From Deltaproteobacteria bacterium (GTDB lineage Bacteria; Myxococcota_A; UBA9160; UBA4427), in assembly GCA_029261855.1 (NCBI GenBank), contig JAJDAN010000021.1, positions 193,923-257,922 on the forward strand: DNA of 64,000 nucleotides, written 5' to 3'. The stretch's first letter is position 1; each line of letters starts with the position of its first letter. The position numbers and the translations under genes were made by a program. Below are positions 38,191-48,568 of this stretch, one piece after another. Below the pieces are notes generated by a model that was not told the origin of the DNA, did no database searches, and was given only the letters and a program-made list of their open reading frames with translations.

Positions 38191-39272
38191 CAGGGCTCCT
38201 GGGTTCGGGCCAGCACCGCCTCGAAGACCGGGGTGGCGCGAGACGAGAAGGTAGCGCCCGGCTCGCGAACGATGAAATAGGCGGCCATTCCGCGCTCCAC
38301 GGCGAGCGTGTAGCCCGCTTCTGGCCCGAGCACGTTGAGCGCCGTCGCCCAGGCGTCGGCGAGCATCGTCTGGGGATGCAGCACGGTCACCGATGCCAGG
38401 GCGTGACGGATCGGCGCTCCCGTGCGCGGATCGATGGTGTGTGAGATCCGTACGCCGTCGACCTCGTAGTAGTTGCGGTAGTCACCCGAAGTGGCCATGC
38501 CGCGGTCTTCGAGGGGGATCACCTGGTGGATCACGCGCGCGTCGTCCACGTCGGGCTCTTCGATGGCGACCTGCCAGGGCTCGCCGTCCGGGCGGCGGCC
38601 GCGTGCCCGCAGCTCGCCGCCGATCTCGACCAGGTGGTTGGCATGACCGAGACGCATGAGATCGTCGGAGACCGCGTCCACCCCGTAGCCCTTCGCCAGG
38701 GCCGACAGGTCGATCACGACGTCGGGCCGCAGTTTCACCAGCGCGTCGCCGACCACGGACACGCGCTCCCACCCGACGCGCTCGCGCAGGCTCTTCAGCT
38801 CCGCGGGTCCGGGGCCACCCGGAATGCGGGCACCGTCCCCGAAGCCCCAGGCCTGGACCAGCGGGCGGATCGTGACGTCGAACGCGCCGCCCGATGCCTG
38901 CGCGACCCAGCGCGCCGCGGCGACGACCCCGGCCGTCTCGGGGGACACCGGGAAGGGCGCCGTCGCGGCGTGGCGGTTGAAGCGCGAGATCTCTGACTCC
39001 GGGTCCCAGGTGGACATCTGCGCGTTGACGGCCGTGAGCCGTTCGACGATGGCCTCGCCCACCGCGGCGTGCTCGTCCTGGGTCAGGGACGGCGCAGCCA
39101 CCTTGACGAGGAAGCGCGTGCCCATGGTCTCGCCCGAGAACTCGAACTCGGGACCGGGCAGATCCGCGAAAACCAGCCGGTGCAGCGAAGCCGTCACCAG
39201 AACGACGGCCGAGACCGCCAGGATCACGATCGCGCGCGGGGTCAGGGCTCCCTTGCCGAGCGGAGCTCCCAT
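38190..39272 (-). CDS. apbE: FAD:protein FMN transferase ApbE
   Basis: The start is the internal ATG 39272 (the track ORF extends into nqrF). ETMGTRFLVKV, LAKGYGVD, MATSGDYRNY and SHTIDPRTG are ApbE motifs. Confidence 0.9.
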   Translation of the reverse strand: MGAPLGKGALTPRAIVILAVSAVVLVTASLHRLVFADLPGPEFEFSGETMGTRFLVKVAAPSLTQDEHAAVGEAIVERLTAVNAQMSTWDPESEISRFNRHAATAPFPVSPETAGVVAAARWVAQASGGAFDVTIRPLVQAWGFGDGARIPGGPGPAELKSLRERVGWERVSVVGDALVKLRPDVVIDLSALAKGYGVDAVSDDLMRLGHANHLVEIGGELRARGRRPDGEPWQVAIEEPDVDDARVIHQVIPLEDRGMATSGDYRNYYEVDGVRISHTIDPRTGAPIRHALASVTVLHPQTMLADAWATALNVLGPEAGYTLAVERGMAAYFIVREPGATFSSRATPVFEAVLARTQEP

Positions 39273-39285
39273 GCAGGAAACGCGA

Positions 39286-40512
39286 TCAGCCGCCGAAGTC
39301 GTCGAACATGACGTTCTCGGGCTCGACACCCAGGTCGGTCAGCATCTGGATGACGGCGTCGTTCATCATGGGCGGACCGCAGATGTAGTACTCGCAGTCC
39401 TCCGGCGCCTCGTGGTCCTTGAGATAGTTGTCGAAGAGGACCTGGTGGATGAAGCCCGTCAGGCCGGCCCAGTTGTCTTCCGGCTGCGGCTCTGAGAGCG
39501 CCAGATGCCACTCGAAGTTCTCGTTCTCTGCGGCGATCGAATCGAAGTCCTCGACATAGAACGCCTCGCGCAGGCTCCGCGCGCCGTACCAGAAGCTGAC
39601 CTTGCGATTCGTGTGCAGGCGGCGGAACTGATCAAAGATGTGCGAGCGCATCGGCGCCATGCCGGCGCCGCCACCGATGAAGATCATCTCGTTCTCGGTG
39701 GGCTTGGCGAAGAACTCGCCGTACGGCCCCGAGATGACGACGTCGTCGCCCGGCTTGAGGCCGAACATGTACGAAGACATGATCCCCGGCGGCACGTCGG
39801 GCATGCGCGGCGGCGGCGATGCGATCCGCACGTTGAGCATGATGATGCCCTTCTCGTCCGGATAGTTCGCCATCGAATAGGCGCGTTCGACGGTCTCCTC
39901 GACCTTGGAGATGTACTGCCACTGGTTGAACTTGTCCCAGTCGCCCCGGTACTCGTCCTCGATCTCGAAATTCTTGTAGGCAACCTCGTGAGGTGGGCAC
40001 TCGATCTGGATGTAACCACCGGCGCGGAACGGGACCTCTTCACCGGCGGGTAGCTCGAGCACGAGCTCCTTGATGAAGGTCGCGACGTTGTGGTTCGAAC
40101 GGACCTTGCAGGTCCATTTCCGGACGTGGAAGACCTCCGCGGGGATCTCGATCTTCATGTCCTGCTTGACCTTCACCTGGCAGGACAGTCGGCAACCCTC
40201 CCGGGCCTCGCCTCGGCTGATGTGCGTGAGCTCGGTGGGCAGGATCTCGCCCCCGCCTTCGAGCACCTTCACCTCGCACACCCCGCAGGTCCCCTGCCCG
40301 CCGCATGCGGACGGGATGAAGATCTGGTTGTTGGCGAGGGTGTTGAGCAGGGTCCCACCCGCCGCCGTGGTGAGGGAGTTCTCGGGGTCGTCGTTGATGT
40401 TGATCGTGACGTCGCCGCTCTGCACAAGGCGACCCTTCGCGACGAGCAACACACCCACGAGGATGAGGATCGTAACGGTGAAGCCAACGACGCCGAAGAG
40501 GACGGTTTCCAT
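39286..40512 (-). CDS. nqrF: Na+-NQR subunit F
   Basis: It has an N-terminal TM segment, a 2Fe-2S motif ([12 protein letters not shown]...C), FAD-binding RAYSMANYP and an NAD-binding GGGAGMAPM. Confidence 0.95.
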   Translation of the reverse strand: METVLFGVVGFTVTILILVGVLLVAKGRLVQSGDVTININDDPENSLTTAAGGTLLNTLANNQIFIPSACGGQGTCGVCEVKVLEGGGEILPTELTHISRGEAREGCRLSCQVKVKQDMKIEIPAEVFHVRKWTCKVRSNHNVATFIKELVLELPAGEEVPFRAGGYIQIECPPHEVAYKNFEIEDEYRGDWDKFNQWQYISKVEETVERAYSMANYPDEKGIIMLNVRIASPPPRMPDVPPGIMSSYMFGLKPGDDVVISGPYGEFFAKPTENEMIFIGGGAGMAPMRSHIFDQFRRLHTNRKVSFWYGARSLREAFYVEDFDSIAAENENFEWHLALSEPQPEDNWAGLTGFIHQVLFDNYLKDHEAPEDCEYYICGPPMMNDAVIQMLTDLGVEPENVMFDDFGG

Positions 40513-40524
40513 ATCAAGAGCTTC

Positions 40525-40590
40525 CTAGAGCTGAGTCCCGGAACTGCTAGAGCTGAATGCCCGAACTGCTAGAGCTGAATGCCCGAAAAG
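40525..40590. repeat. Three tandem 22-nt copies of the nqrE 3' end including its stop codon, filling the nqrE-nqrF spacer
   Basis: The plus-strand units are ctagagctgagtcccggaactg (40525-40546), ctagagctgaatgcccgaactg (40547-40568) and ctagagctgaatgcccgaaaag (40569-40590). The last unit carries the true nqrE stop and final codons (FSGIQL*). Confidence 0.85.
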
Positions 40591-41180
40591 GCCATGAAGC
40601 CGACGGACATCAGGCCCACGACGATGAAGGTGGCCCCCAACCCGCGCAGTGCCGGGGGCATGTTGCTGTACCGGAGCTTTTCGCGAATCGCCGCGAGCGC
40701 CGCGATGGCCAGCGCCCAGCCGATCCCCGAACCGAGACCGAAGACCGTGGCCTCGCCCAGGCTGTAGTCGCGCTCGACCATGAAGAGCGAGGCGCCGAGA
40801 ATGGCGCAGTTCACCGCGATCAGGGGCAGGAAGACGCCCAGTGCGTTGTAGAGCCCGGGTGAGTAGCGGTCCAGCGCCATCTCGACGATCTGCACCGTCG
40901 CCGCGATCGTCCCGATCAGCACGAGGAAGCTCAGGAAGCCGAGGTCGACGTCCGGCAACCCCATCCACGCCAGCGACCCTTCCCCGAGGAATTTGGTGCT
41001 CAAGAATTGGTTGAGCGGAGTCGTGACGGTCAAGACGAAGATGACCGCACCACCGAGCCCGATTGCTGTGTCGACCTTCTTCGAGACGGCTAGGAAGCTG
41101 CACATCCCGAGGAAGAAGGCCAGAGCCATGTTCTCAACGAAGATTGCCTTCGTGGCCAGGCTCAAGTAGTGCTCCAACAT
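40569..41180 (-). CDS. nqrE: Na+-NQR subunit E
   Basis: [35 protein letters not shown] is near-identical in pattern to Vibrio NqrE. 203 aa. Confidence 0.95.
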   Translation of the reverse strand: MLEHYLSLATKAIFVENMALAFFLGMCSFLAVSKKVDTAIGLGGAVIFVLTVTTPLNQFLSTKFLGEGSLAWMGLPDVDLGFLSFLVLIGTIAATVQIVEMALDRYSPGLYNALGVFLPLIAVNCAILGASLFMVERDYSLGEATVFGLGSGIGWALAIAALAAIREKLRYSNMPPALRGLGATFIVVGLMSVGFMAFSGIQL

Positions 41181-41805
41181 GGAACTCCTCCTCCACTTGC
41201 TCAGGCTTCCAACTGCGAACCACCCAGATGAAGCCGCCGATCAGAAAAAATGCTGCCGGGGCGAGGACCATCAGGCCATTCGGCACGTACCAGCCGCCCT
41301 CGTTCACCGTCTGTAGGATCGTTACGCCGAAGAGCTTCCCGCTGCCGAACAGCTCACGCACGAAGGCGACGACGATCAGGATGATCGCGTAGCCGAAGCC
41401 GTTCCCCAGCGCGTCCATCAGGGACATCTTCACCGTGTTCTGCATCGCGAACGCCTCGGCGCGCCCCATGATGATGCAGTTCGTGATGATCAGGCCGACG
41501 AAGACCGAGAGCTGCTTCGAGACGTCGAACACGAAGGCCTTGAGGATCTGGTCGGTCACGATCACCAGCGACGCGATGATCGTCAGCTGCACGATGATGC
41601 GGATGCTGGACGGAATCTGGTTGCGAATCGCACTGATGGCGACGTTCGAACCGATCAGCACTGCGATCACTGCCAGACTCATGACGAGCGAAGTCTCGAG
41701 CTTGGTGGTCACCGCCAGCGCCGAGCAGATGCCCAGCACCTGCAGCGCGATCGGATTGTTGTTGAACAGCGGGTCGAGCAGTGCTTCTCGTTCGGCCTTC
41801 GCCAT
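41134..41805 (-). CDS. nqrD: Na+-NQR subunit D (C-terminus extends 47 nt into nqrE)
   Basis: The start is the internal ATG 41805. [23 protein letters not shown]...[17 protein letters not shown]...KPEQVEEE is present. The frame then continues for 15 extra residues past the usual end. Confidence 0.9.
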   Translation of the reverse strand: MAKAEREALLDPLFNNNPIALQVLGICSALAVTTKLETSLVMSLAVIAVLIGSNVAISAIRNQIPSSIRIIVQLTIIASLVIVTDQILKAFVFDVSKQLSVFVGLIITNCIIMGRAEAFAMQNTVKMSLMDALGNGFGYAIILIVVAFVRELFGSGKLFGVTILQTVNEGGWYVPNGLMVLAPAAFFLIGGFIWVVRSWKPEQVEEEFHVGALLEPGHEGNLR

Positions 41806-42584
41806 CAGGTACTCCCTCCCGCTCGCTGCGTGTCCAGATAGGGCCCGAAGCCGTCCTGCCCCAGCCAGAAGCGCACCAGGTTCCCGACGCCGCGGCTGGT
41901 AATGGTCGCGCCCGAGAGCCCGTCGACGTTGTACGGGTCGGTCTCCGGAGGCCCGGCCATGCCCTTCTTGACGGCGATCACCGGCTTGCCCCGCTTGTCG
42001 AAGGCCTTGCGACCCTTCCACAGGGCCTTCCAGCGCGGATTGTCGACCTCACCGCCCAGGCCCGGGGTTTCACCGTGCTCGTAGAACGTGATCCCGTCGA
42101 TGGTCTCCAGGTCCGCATCGATCGCGATGTAGCCGTAGAGCGTGGACCACAGCCCGGCGCCGGAAATCGGAATGATGATCGACTGCAGGCGCCCGTCGGT
42201 GACCACCTGGAAGACCTGCCCCTGGTTCGGCAGCCGCTGCACCTTCGCCGCGTTCGTCGGCGCCGGGTGACTGGCTTCGGGGTCCTTCGCGGCCTTGCGC
42301 TGATCGAAGCTCGACGCGTCGACGCCCTCGAGCACGACGCCCGTCTCGAGGTCGACGATCACCGGCACGATGTTGGTCTCGAAGCGCTTGGCCACCTCGA
42401 CGCGCGAGAGGCTCTCGCCCTCTTCCATCAGACCCGCGACGACGAGCACCTTCTTCTGGCGATCCAGCTCGACGTTCGCCTGCTGCCGCTCTTCGAGAAG
42501 TACCGAGGCCCCGGACACGAAGACGGAGCAGACGGCACAGACCGCCGCCGCGAAGAGCAGGATGTAGCTCGTACTATGTTGCAT
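41805..42584 (-). CDS. nqrC: Na+-NQR subunit C
   Basis: It has an N-terminal TM segment, [20 protein letters not shown] and the FMN-attachment site [11 protein letters not shown]. Confidence 0.95.
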   Translation of the reverse strand: MQHSTSYILLFAAAVCAVCSVFVSGASVLLEERQQANVELDRQKKVLVVAGLMEEGESLSRVEVAKRFETNIVPVIVDLETGVVLEGVDASSFDQRKAAKDPEASHPAPTNAAKVQRLPNQGQVFQVVTDGRLQSIIIPISGAGLWSTLYGYIAIDADLETIDGITFYEHGETPGLGGEVDNPRWKALWKGRKAFDKRGKPVIAVKKGMAGPPETDPYNVDGLSGATITSRGVGNLVRFWLGQDGFGPYLDTQRAGGST

Positions 42585-43791
42585 AGCCGGCCTCGCGCCT
42601 GCGGATGTTCGCCTGGACGATGAAGTGGTCGATCAACGGCGCGAACATGTTCATGAAGAGGATCGAGAGCATCATGCCCTCGGGATAGGCCGGGTTCACG
42701 ACCCGGATCAGGATGCAGAGCACGCCGATCCCGATGCCGTAGTACATCTTGCCGACGTCCGTGAACGCGGACGAGACCGGGTCGGTGGCCATGAAGACCA
42801 TGCCGAACGCCCAGCCGCCGAGGACGAAGTGCCAGTAGAAGGGAACGGCGAAGAGCGGGTTCGTGGCGGAACCCGCCAGATTCAGGACCAGCGCCATGCC
42901 GATCGTCCCGACGACGACACCGAGCATCGTGCGCCAGGACCCGATGCGAGTCACCAACAACAGCCCCGCCCCCAACAGGCAGGCAAAGGTCGATGTCTCA
43001 CCCATCGACCCGGGGATGAGCCCGAAGAAGCTCTTCCACCAACTCGCGGCTTCCAGGGCGCCGGAGGTGACTGCGGCCTGGGCGAGTAGCGTCGCGCCCG
43101 TGAACGAGTCGACGCCCGAGAAGTTCGCCGCGATCCAGGGGGCGTCGCCGCTCATGTACGCGGGATAGGCGAAGAAGAGGAACGCACGTCCGACCAGGGC
43201 CGGGTTCAGGAAGTTCATCCCCGTCCCGCCGAACACCTCCTTGCCGAAGATGATCCCGAACGCGATGCCGATGAAGACCATCCAGAGCGGAATCGTCGGC
43301 GGCAGGGTCAGGGGGAACAGCATACCGCTGACCAGGAAGCCCTCGTTGACCTCGTGCCCGCGGATCGAGGCGGAGGTGACTTCGACCAGGCCACCCGCAG
43401 CCATGGTCGTGATCAGCACGGGCAGGTAGTAGAGCGACCCGTGGATCACGCACAGGATCGGGTTCGTGTTCCTGAACGAGAAGCCGAGCTCGTGGAGGAG
43501 CCAGCTCTGCCAGTTGTCGAGGGGCAGCGCGCCGCTCGCGATGGCGAACTGGGCCTGGTAGCCGGTGTTGTACATGGCCCACAGGATGCAAGGGATGAGC
43601 GCGATGACGACGCTGAACATCATCCGCTTGAGATCCATCCCATCGCGCACGTGGGACGAGGTTTGCGTGACCTCCCCCGGCGTGTAGAGGATGGTGTCGT
43701 GCATCTCGTACAGGGGATAGAGCTTCTCGAGCCGCCCCCCCTTTTCGAAGAGCGGCGCGGCCTTGTCGAGAGCGTCGCGAATCGGATCCAT
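42574..43791 (-). CDS. nqrB: Na+-NQR subunit B
   Basis: The start is the internal ATG 43791 (TGATG junction with nqrA). It is a polytopic membrane protein with FTGATLLAQ and GSMGETS, typical of NqrB/RnfD. Confidence 0.95.
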   Translation of the reverse strand: MDPIRDALDKAAPLFEKGGRLEKLYPLYEMHDTILYTPGEVTQTSSHVRDGMDLKRMMFSVVIALIPCILWAMYNTGYQAQFAIASGALPLDNWQSWLLHELGFSFRNTNPILCVIHGSLYYLPVLITTMAAGGLVEVTSASIRGHEVNEGFLVSGMLFPLTLPPTIPLWMVFIGIAFGIIFGKEVFGGTGMNFLNPALVGRAFLFFAYPAYMSGDAPWIAANFSGVDSFTGATLLAQAAVTSGALEAASWWKSFFGLIPGSMGETSTFACLLGAGLLLVTRIGSWRTMLGVVVGTIGMALVLNLAGSATNPLFAVPFYWHFVLGGWAFGMVFMATDPVSSAFTDVGKMYYGIGIGVLCILIRVVNPAYPEGMMLSILFMNMFAPLIDHFIVQANIRRREAGYAT

Positions 43792-45194
43792 CAGCCTTCC
43801 TTTTCCAGGATCTCGAGGTTCGCGCGGAGGATGGGGCCGTAGTTCGTCTTCCCCGGGCACACGAAGGTGCAGAGCGCGAGATCTTCCTCGTCCAGCTCGA
43901 GGGCCCCGAGCCGCTCCGCCTGCTCGACGTCACCGATGATCAGTGAACGCAGCAGGAAGGTGGGCAGGATGTCGAAGGGCAGGACGCTCTCGTACATGCC
44001 GATGGGCACCATGGCGCGGGGCGAGCCGTTGACGTTCGTCGAGAGCGCGAAGCGCTTCTTCGAGAAGAGCTTCGAGAGATAGATGGGGAAGATCGAGAAG
44101 GCATCGAAGCCCGGCGTGAGCCAGCCCAGGAGCACCCGCTCCGTCCCCTCGCGCAGGACGCTCACCTGCCGGTCGTAGCGACCGAGGTAGCCGAACACGT
44201 CTCCCATGGCCTTCTTGCCGGACAGCACCGATCCGGCGATCAAGCGGACGTCCAGGTCGCCCTCCGGACCGCGACAGCCGTCGCCAGCCACGTCGGCGAC
44301 GTCGGCGCCCCGACGCGTGCGGACGAGCCCGGCGTCCTGCACGGGCGGACCGGCCACGGACACGATGCGCTCGACGTCGAGCTTTCCGGTCGCGAACAGC
44401 GCACCGATCGCCGCGACGTCCGCGTAGCCCAGATGCCACACCACGCGCGCTCGGCCCACCGCGCACAGGGTGTGGATGTGGAAGCCGACGGTGCCCGACG
44501 GATGGGGCCCCGTGAAGTGCTCGACCTGCACCGGCGCGGTCACACCCTTCTCGATGCCCGACACAGGGTCGACGCAGAGATAGGTGGGCCCCTCGGTCAG
44601 CTTGCAGACGACCTGAAGGCCGCGCTCGAAATCCGCCGCGCGACCGTCGAGAGCGATCTCCGGGAGCGGGGCCAAGGGATTGGTATCGGTCGCCGTGACG
44701 AAGATCGCAGCCGGCGCCGAATCGATCGCAGGCACCTTGCTGTACGGGCGTGCGCGAAGCGCCGTCCACTCACCGGACTCGACGAGTAGCGCCACGATCT
44801 CATCGCGCGTCAGGCTGGCGACGGGCTTGCCCGTGAAGTGCTCGAACGTGACCCGCTCGGAATCCGGTACTTCGTTCGGGTGGGCCGCATCGCGCTCGGC
44901 GGGCGACAGATCGATCACCACGGACTGGAGCGCTCGCCTTGCGCCCCGGTTCACGCCGATGACACGACCCGCACCCGGTGCGGTGAAACGCACACCCGGG
45001 TTCTTGCGATCCTCGAACAGGACCTGGCCGCGCTTGACCGAGTCGCCTTCCTTTACCTGCATCGCGGGCTTCATGCCCGGGAAGTCGTCGGCCATGATCG
45101 CGATGCGCTGGGGTCTCACCTGCCCGCGCACGACCTGGATGGGCGCGCCGCTAATGGGGAGGTCGAGCCCCTTCTCAGTTTTGTGAAGAGCCAT
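43791..45194 (-). CDS. nqrA: Na+-NQR subunit A
   Basis: The N-terminus MALHKTEKGLDLPISGAP is typical of NqrA. 467 aa, first gene of the operon. Confidence 0.95.
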   Translation of the reverse strand: MALHKTEKGLDLPISGAPIQVVRGQVRPQRIAIMADDFPGMKPAMQVKEGDSVKRGQVLFEDRKNPGVRFTAPGAGRVIGVNRGARRALQSVVIDLSPAERDAAHPNEVPDSERVTFEHFTGKPVASLTRDEIVALLVESGEWTALRARPYSKVPAIDSAPAAIFVTATDTNPLAPLPEIALDGRAADFERGLQVVCKLTEGPTYLCVDPVSGIEKGVTAPVQVEHFTGPHPSGTVGFHIHTLCAVGRARVVWHLGYADVAAIGALFATGKLDVERIVSVAGPPVQDAGLVRTRRGADVADVAGDGCRGPEGDLDVRLIAGSVLSGKKAMGDVFGYLGRYDRQVSVLREGTERVLLGWLTPGFDAFSIFPIYLSKLFSKKRFALSTNVNGSPRAMVPIGMYESVLPFDILPTFLLRSLIIGDVEQAERLGALELDEEDLALCTFVCPGKTNYGPILRANLEILEKEG

Positions 45195-45224
45195 TGGGCA
45201 GGGTTCTCAGGGCTGGAATTTCGA

Positions 45225-45239
45225 GAGTGCGCCGCACTC
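45225..45239. promoter_or_regulatory. 15-bp palindrome in the nqrA 5' UTR/operator region
   Basis: GAGTGCG-C-CGCACTC lies 31 nt upstream of the nqrA ATG and downstream of the candidate promoter. Confidence 0.25.
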
Positions 45240-45264
45240 GGGGGGGCGGGCGGCGGCGGGGCAG

Positions 45265-45293
45265 AGATTAGGGGGACCCCGGCAATCCGACAA
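45265..45293 (-). promoter_or_regulatory. Candidate sigma70-type promoter for the nqr operon
   Basis: The minus strand reads TTGTCG (45293-45288), a 17-nt spacer, then TAATCT (45270-45265). Motif match only. Confidence 0.3.
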
Positions 45294-45364
45294 CGTATCT
45301 CCCCGACCAAAATGGCGATTTCCGGGCATCCAGGCCGGAAACCGCCGGGGATCTCATTCGCCGC

Positions 45365-45394
45365 TTGGCTTCGCGGCTCCCCGAGGCGTAGAGT
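45365..45394 (+). promoter_or_regulatory. Candidate promoter for the CBS-domain gene
   Basis: TTGGCT (45365-45370), an 18-nt spacer, then TAGAGT (45389-45394). SD GGAGG precedes ATG 45474. Motif match only. Confidence 0.25.
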
Positions 45395-45473
45395 GGAGCC
45401 GTCCCAGGGGCACCGCTCGGCCTCCCCGGCCGTTCGGGTCGACCGACGGTGCTGAGGCAGGAGGCACCGGACC

Positions 45474-45962
45474 ATGCCCGACGCCGCACAGCTCTCGACA
45501 CACGGATCTCCCCATAGCCACCATGTCCCCACCGCGCGGGACGTGATGACCCACTCCCTGATCACGATCTCGTCGGACTCGACAATCTTCGAGGCGATCC
45601 GCCTGCTGGTGGCGCGCAAGATCTCCGGCGCCCCGGTTCTCGACCCGGACGGCGAGATGGTCGGGATGTTGTCGGAGATCGACTGCCTGGGCGTGCTGGC
45701 TTCCGATCAGTTCCACGCCGACGGCCAGATCCACCCGGTCACGGACTACATGTCACGCGAGTTCGAGACAGTCACGCCGGACACCGACATCTACCGCCTG
45801 GCGCTCTACTTCCGGGACAAGCCCGTCCGACGCTTCCCGGTCGTCGAAGACGGCCGCCTGCTCGGGCAGGTCAGTCGTCGGGACGTGCTGCGGGGCATCG
45901 ACGAGATGCGGCGGAAGCTGACCCCGCGCAAGCGCTATCCGGACTATCGGGGGCCCGCCTAG
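45474..45962 (+). CDS. CBS-domain pair protein
   Basis: It has two CBS repeats (ARDVMTHSLITISSDSTIFEAIRLL...SGAPVLDPDGEMVGMLSEID and VTDYMSREFETVTPDTDI...RRFPVVEDGRLLGQVSRRDVL). Confidence 0.85.
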   Translation: MPDAAQLSTHGSPHSHHVPTARDVMTHSLITISSDSTIFEAIRLLVARKISGAPVLDPDGEMVGMLSEIDCLGVLASDQFHADGQIHPVTDYMSREFETVTPDTDIYRLALYFRDKPVRRFPVVEDGRLLGQVSRRDVLRGIDEMRRKLTPRKRYPDYRGPA

Positions 45963-45970
45963 CGGCATCC

Positions 45971-48568
45971 ATGCGCTGCGTGCTGGTTTCTCACACCCAC
46001 TGGGACCGGGAGTGGTACCGGACCTTCCAGTCGTTCCGCGCCCGCCTCGTCGACACGATCGACCGGGTTCTCGACCTGGTCGCGGAAGATCCCGGCTTCC
46101 ACTTCCAGCTCGACGGCCAGACCATCGTGCTCGAGGACTACGCGGCGATCCGTCCAGGACGAGCCGCGGAGCTGGCGGCGGCCTGCGGCGCCGGCCGCAT
46201 CGCCATCGGGCCCTGGTACGTCCAACCCGATTCGTTCCTGCCTTCCGGCGAGGCCCACATCCGCAACCTGCTCGAAGGTCGACGTGTTGCCCGGGATTGG
46301 GGACCCTGCGCTCGGGTCGCGTACACGCCGGACTCGTTCGGACACCCGGCCCAGTTCCCCCAGCTCTTCGCCGGCTTCGATCTCGGCCCCTTCGTGTACT
46401 GGCGGGGCAACGGCAACGAGATCGCCGAGCTGCCGGCCGAGTACCTGTGGGTGGCACCCGACGGCAGCGAAGTGGTCTGTTGCCACCTCGGGCGCGGCTA
46501 CTTCAACGCCAACGGACTGCCCGCAGACATCGATGCCGCCGTGGCGCGCCTCGAGAAGATGACCCTGGCGCTCGCAGAGCGGGCGCCCCGCCCGTGCGTG
46601 CTGCTGATGAACGGCGTCGACCACATGCTGCCCGACGAGAACACCGGGCCGGTCGCCCGGGCCCTGGCCGAACGGACCGGCTGGCAGGTCGAACGCGGGC
46701 TCCTCGACGACTACACGAACGGTGCAGCACCCACCGCCCGGTTCTCGGGAGAGCTGTGCGGCGGCCGGGTCGCGAACCTGCTGCCCGGGGTCTGGTCGAC
46801 GCGCAGCTATCTCAAGCTGCGCAATCGGCGCTGCGAACGCGGGCTCGAAGGCTGGGCCGAGCCGTGGGCCGCGGCGGGCGCGGCGCTCGGAGCGCCGGAC
46901 GAACGGCCCGCGATCCGACTCGCCTGGCGGGAGCTGCTGGCCAACCAGGCGCACGACTCCATCTGCGGCTGCTCCCAGGACCGCGTTCACGACCAGATGC
47001 TGGCGCGCTACGACGCCAGCGAGGAACTCGCACACGAGACCACCCTGCGACTGCTCGAGCGCATCGCCGGTCTCGGGACGGACCGCCAGCCGCCGCGCAC
47101 GAACGAAGCCGGCGAGCGTCTGAAAACGGTCCGCATCGCGGTCTTCAACCCGTCCCCCCATCCGCGCAGCGATCTCGTACGTCTGCCTCTCGACGGCTTT
47201 CCGACGGCAACCGCCGCGGGCGTGAACCCGTTGCTGTCGAAGAATCACTTCGCGACGACGACTCGCGACCGGGGCTTCACCGTCGACGGTGAACCGGCGC
47301 GCTTGATCCCGGACGACGGCCGGATTCGTCCGCGTCTCGCGCCCGACCAGCCGGTTCACGATGTGGAGTTCGTGGCCAGGGACCTACCGCCCTTCGGCTG
47401 GAAGTCCTTCGAGCTCGCGCGTTCGCCCGACTGGCCCGAGACATCGGACGCAGAACGCGAGATTGCGTGCGACGGGATCGCCCTGCGCGCGGCGGACGAC
47501 GGGTCCTTCACCCTCGAAGCAGCCGGGCGGCGCTTCAGCGGCCTGCTCGGCTTCGAGGATACGGGCGATCGGGGGGATACCTACGACTACGACCCGGCAC
47601 CCCCGGCCCCGGGGACCCGGGACCTGCAGAGCGTCCCGGCAACGATCACACGCCACCTGCATCCGAACGGCGTCCAGCGGCTGGTCGTCGAGCGCGTGCT
47701 GCAGGTACCGGCGGGCCTCTGCGACGACCGCAGCCACCGCAGCGACGAGACCGTCGCGCTGCCGCTGCAGGTCGAAGCCCGACTCTGGCCCGGATGTCGC
47801 TTCGCAGAGCTGTCCCTCCACCTCGACAACACGGCGAAGGACCACCGCTTGCGCGCGTTGTTCCCGTGCGGCGGCGAGCGCGAAGACCGGGACCCGGGGT
47901 TCCACGCGGCGACCACCTTCGACACGGCGGCCCGCCGCCGCGGCCGGGCGGACGATCGGGATTGGATCCACCCGGCCCCCGACACCTTCGTCCACCAGGG
48001 TTGGGTGGCCCGGAACGGGCTCCTCGTGATCGCACCGGGCCTGAACGAGGCAGAGGTCACAGCCACTGGCGAGATCGCGGTGACGCTATTGCGCGCCACG
48101 GGCTGGCTGTCCCGGCCCGATCTGTCGAGCCGCCCGGGTGACGCAGGGCCGGCGCTTCCGACACCTGCCGCACAGTGCCCTGGCGAGCTGACGCTGCGAA
48201 TCGCCCTGGCCGTCGCGGAGCCCGCCGAAGCACCGCAGTTCAGCCACGACTTCGAACTCGGGCTCCAGGCCGTCGCGGCCGGGCCCGAACCGCTGTGGCC
48301 CGAGGGCCAGGCGCTGCTGAGCCTCGAACCCGCGTCCGTCGTGCTGTCTGCCTGGAAGCCGGCAGAGAACGGCGACGGCAGCGTGCTGCGGCTGTCCAAC
48401 CCGAGCGACGAGCCGGTGACGGCCAGGGTCCGGCTGGGACTTCGCGTCGCCCAGCCCCAGCCGGTACGTCTCGACGAGACCCCGGAAGGAGCTTCGCTTC
48501 CCGTCCGCGATGGAGGTTTCGAAGTCGTGCTGCCGCCGCACGCCCTGCGTTCGATCCGGCTTTCTTGA
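45971..48568 (+). CDS. GH38-family alpha-mannosidase-like glycoside hydrolase
   Basis: The N-terminal motif VSHTHWDREWY plus GPWYVQPD and PDSFGH are typical of GH38. 865 aa. Confidence 0.85.
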   Translation: MRCVLVSHTHWDREWYRTFQSFRARLVDTIDRVLDLVAEDPGFHFQLDGQTIVLEDYAAIRPGRAAELAAACGAGRIAIGPWYVQPDSFLPSGEAHIRNLLEGRRVARDWGPCARVAYTPDSFGHPAQFPQLFAGFDLGPFVYWRGNGNEIAELPAEYLWVAPDGSEVVCCHLGRGYFNANGLPADIDAAVARLEKMTLALAERAPRPCVLLMNGVDHMLPDENTGPVARALAERTGWQVERGLLDDYTNGAAPTARFSGELCGGRVANLLPGVWSTRSYLKLRNRRCERGLEGWAEPWAAAGAALGAPDERPAIRLAWRELLANQAHDSICGCSQDRVHDQMLARYDASEELAHETTLRLLERIAGLGTDRQPPRTNEAGERLKTVRIAVFNPSPHPRSDLVRLPLDGFPTATAAGVNPLLSKNHFATTTRDRGFTVDGEPARLIPDDGRIRPRLAPDQPVHDVEFVARDLPPFGWKSFELARSPDWPETSDAEREIACDGIALRAADDGSFTLEAAGRRFSGLLGFEDTGDRGDTYDYDPAPPAPGTRDLQSVPATITRHLHPNGVQRLVVERVLQVPAGLCDDRSHRSDETVALPLQVEARLWPGCRFAELSLHLDNTAKDHRLRALFPCGGEREDRDPGFHAATTFDTAARRRGRADDRDWIHPAPDTFVHQGWVARNGLLVIAPGLNEAEVTATGEIAVTLLRATGWLSRPDLSSRPGDAGPALPTPAAQCPGELTLRIALAVAEPAEAPQFSHDFELGLQAVAAGPEPLWPEGQALLSLEPASVVLSAWKPAENGDGSVLRLSNPSDEPVTARVRLGLRVAQPQPVRLDETPEGASLPVRDGGFEVVLPPHALRSIRLS

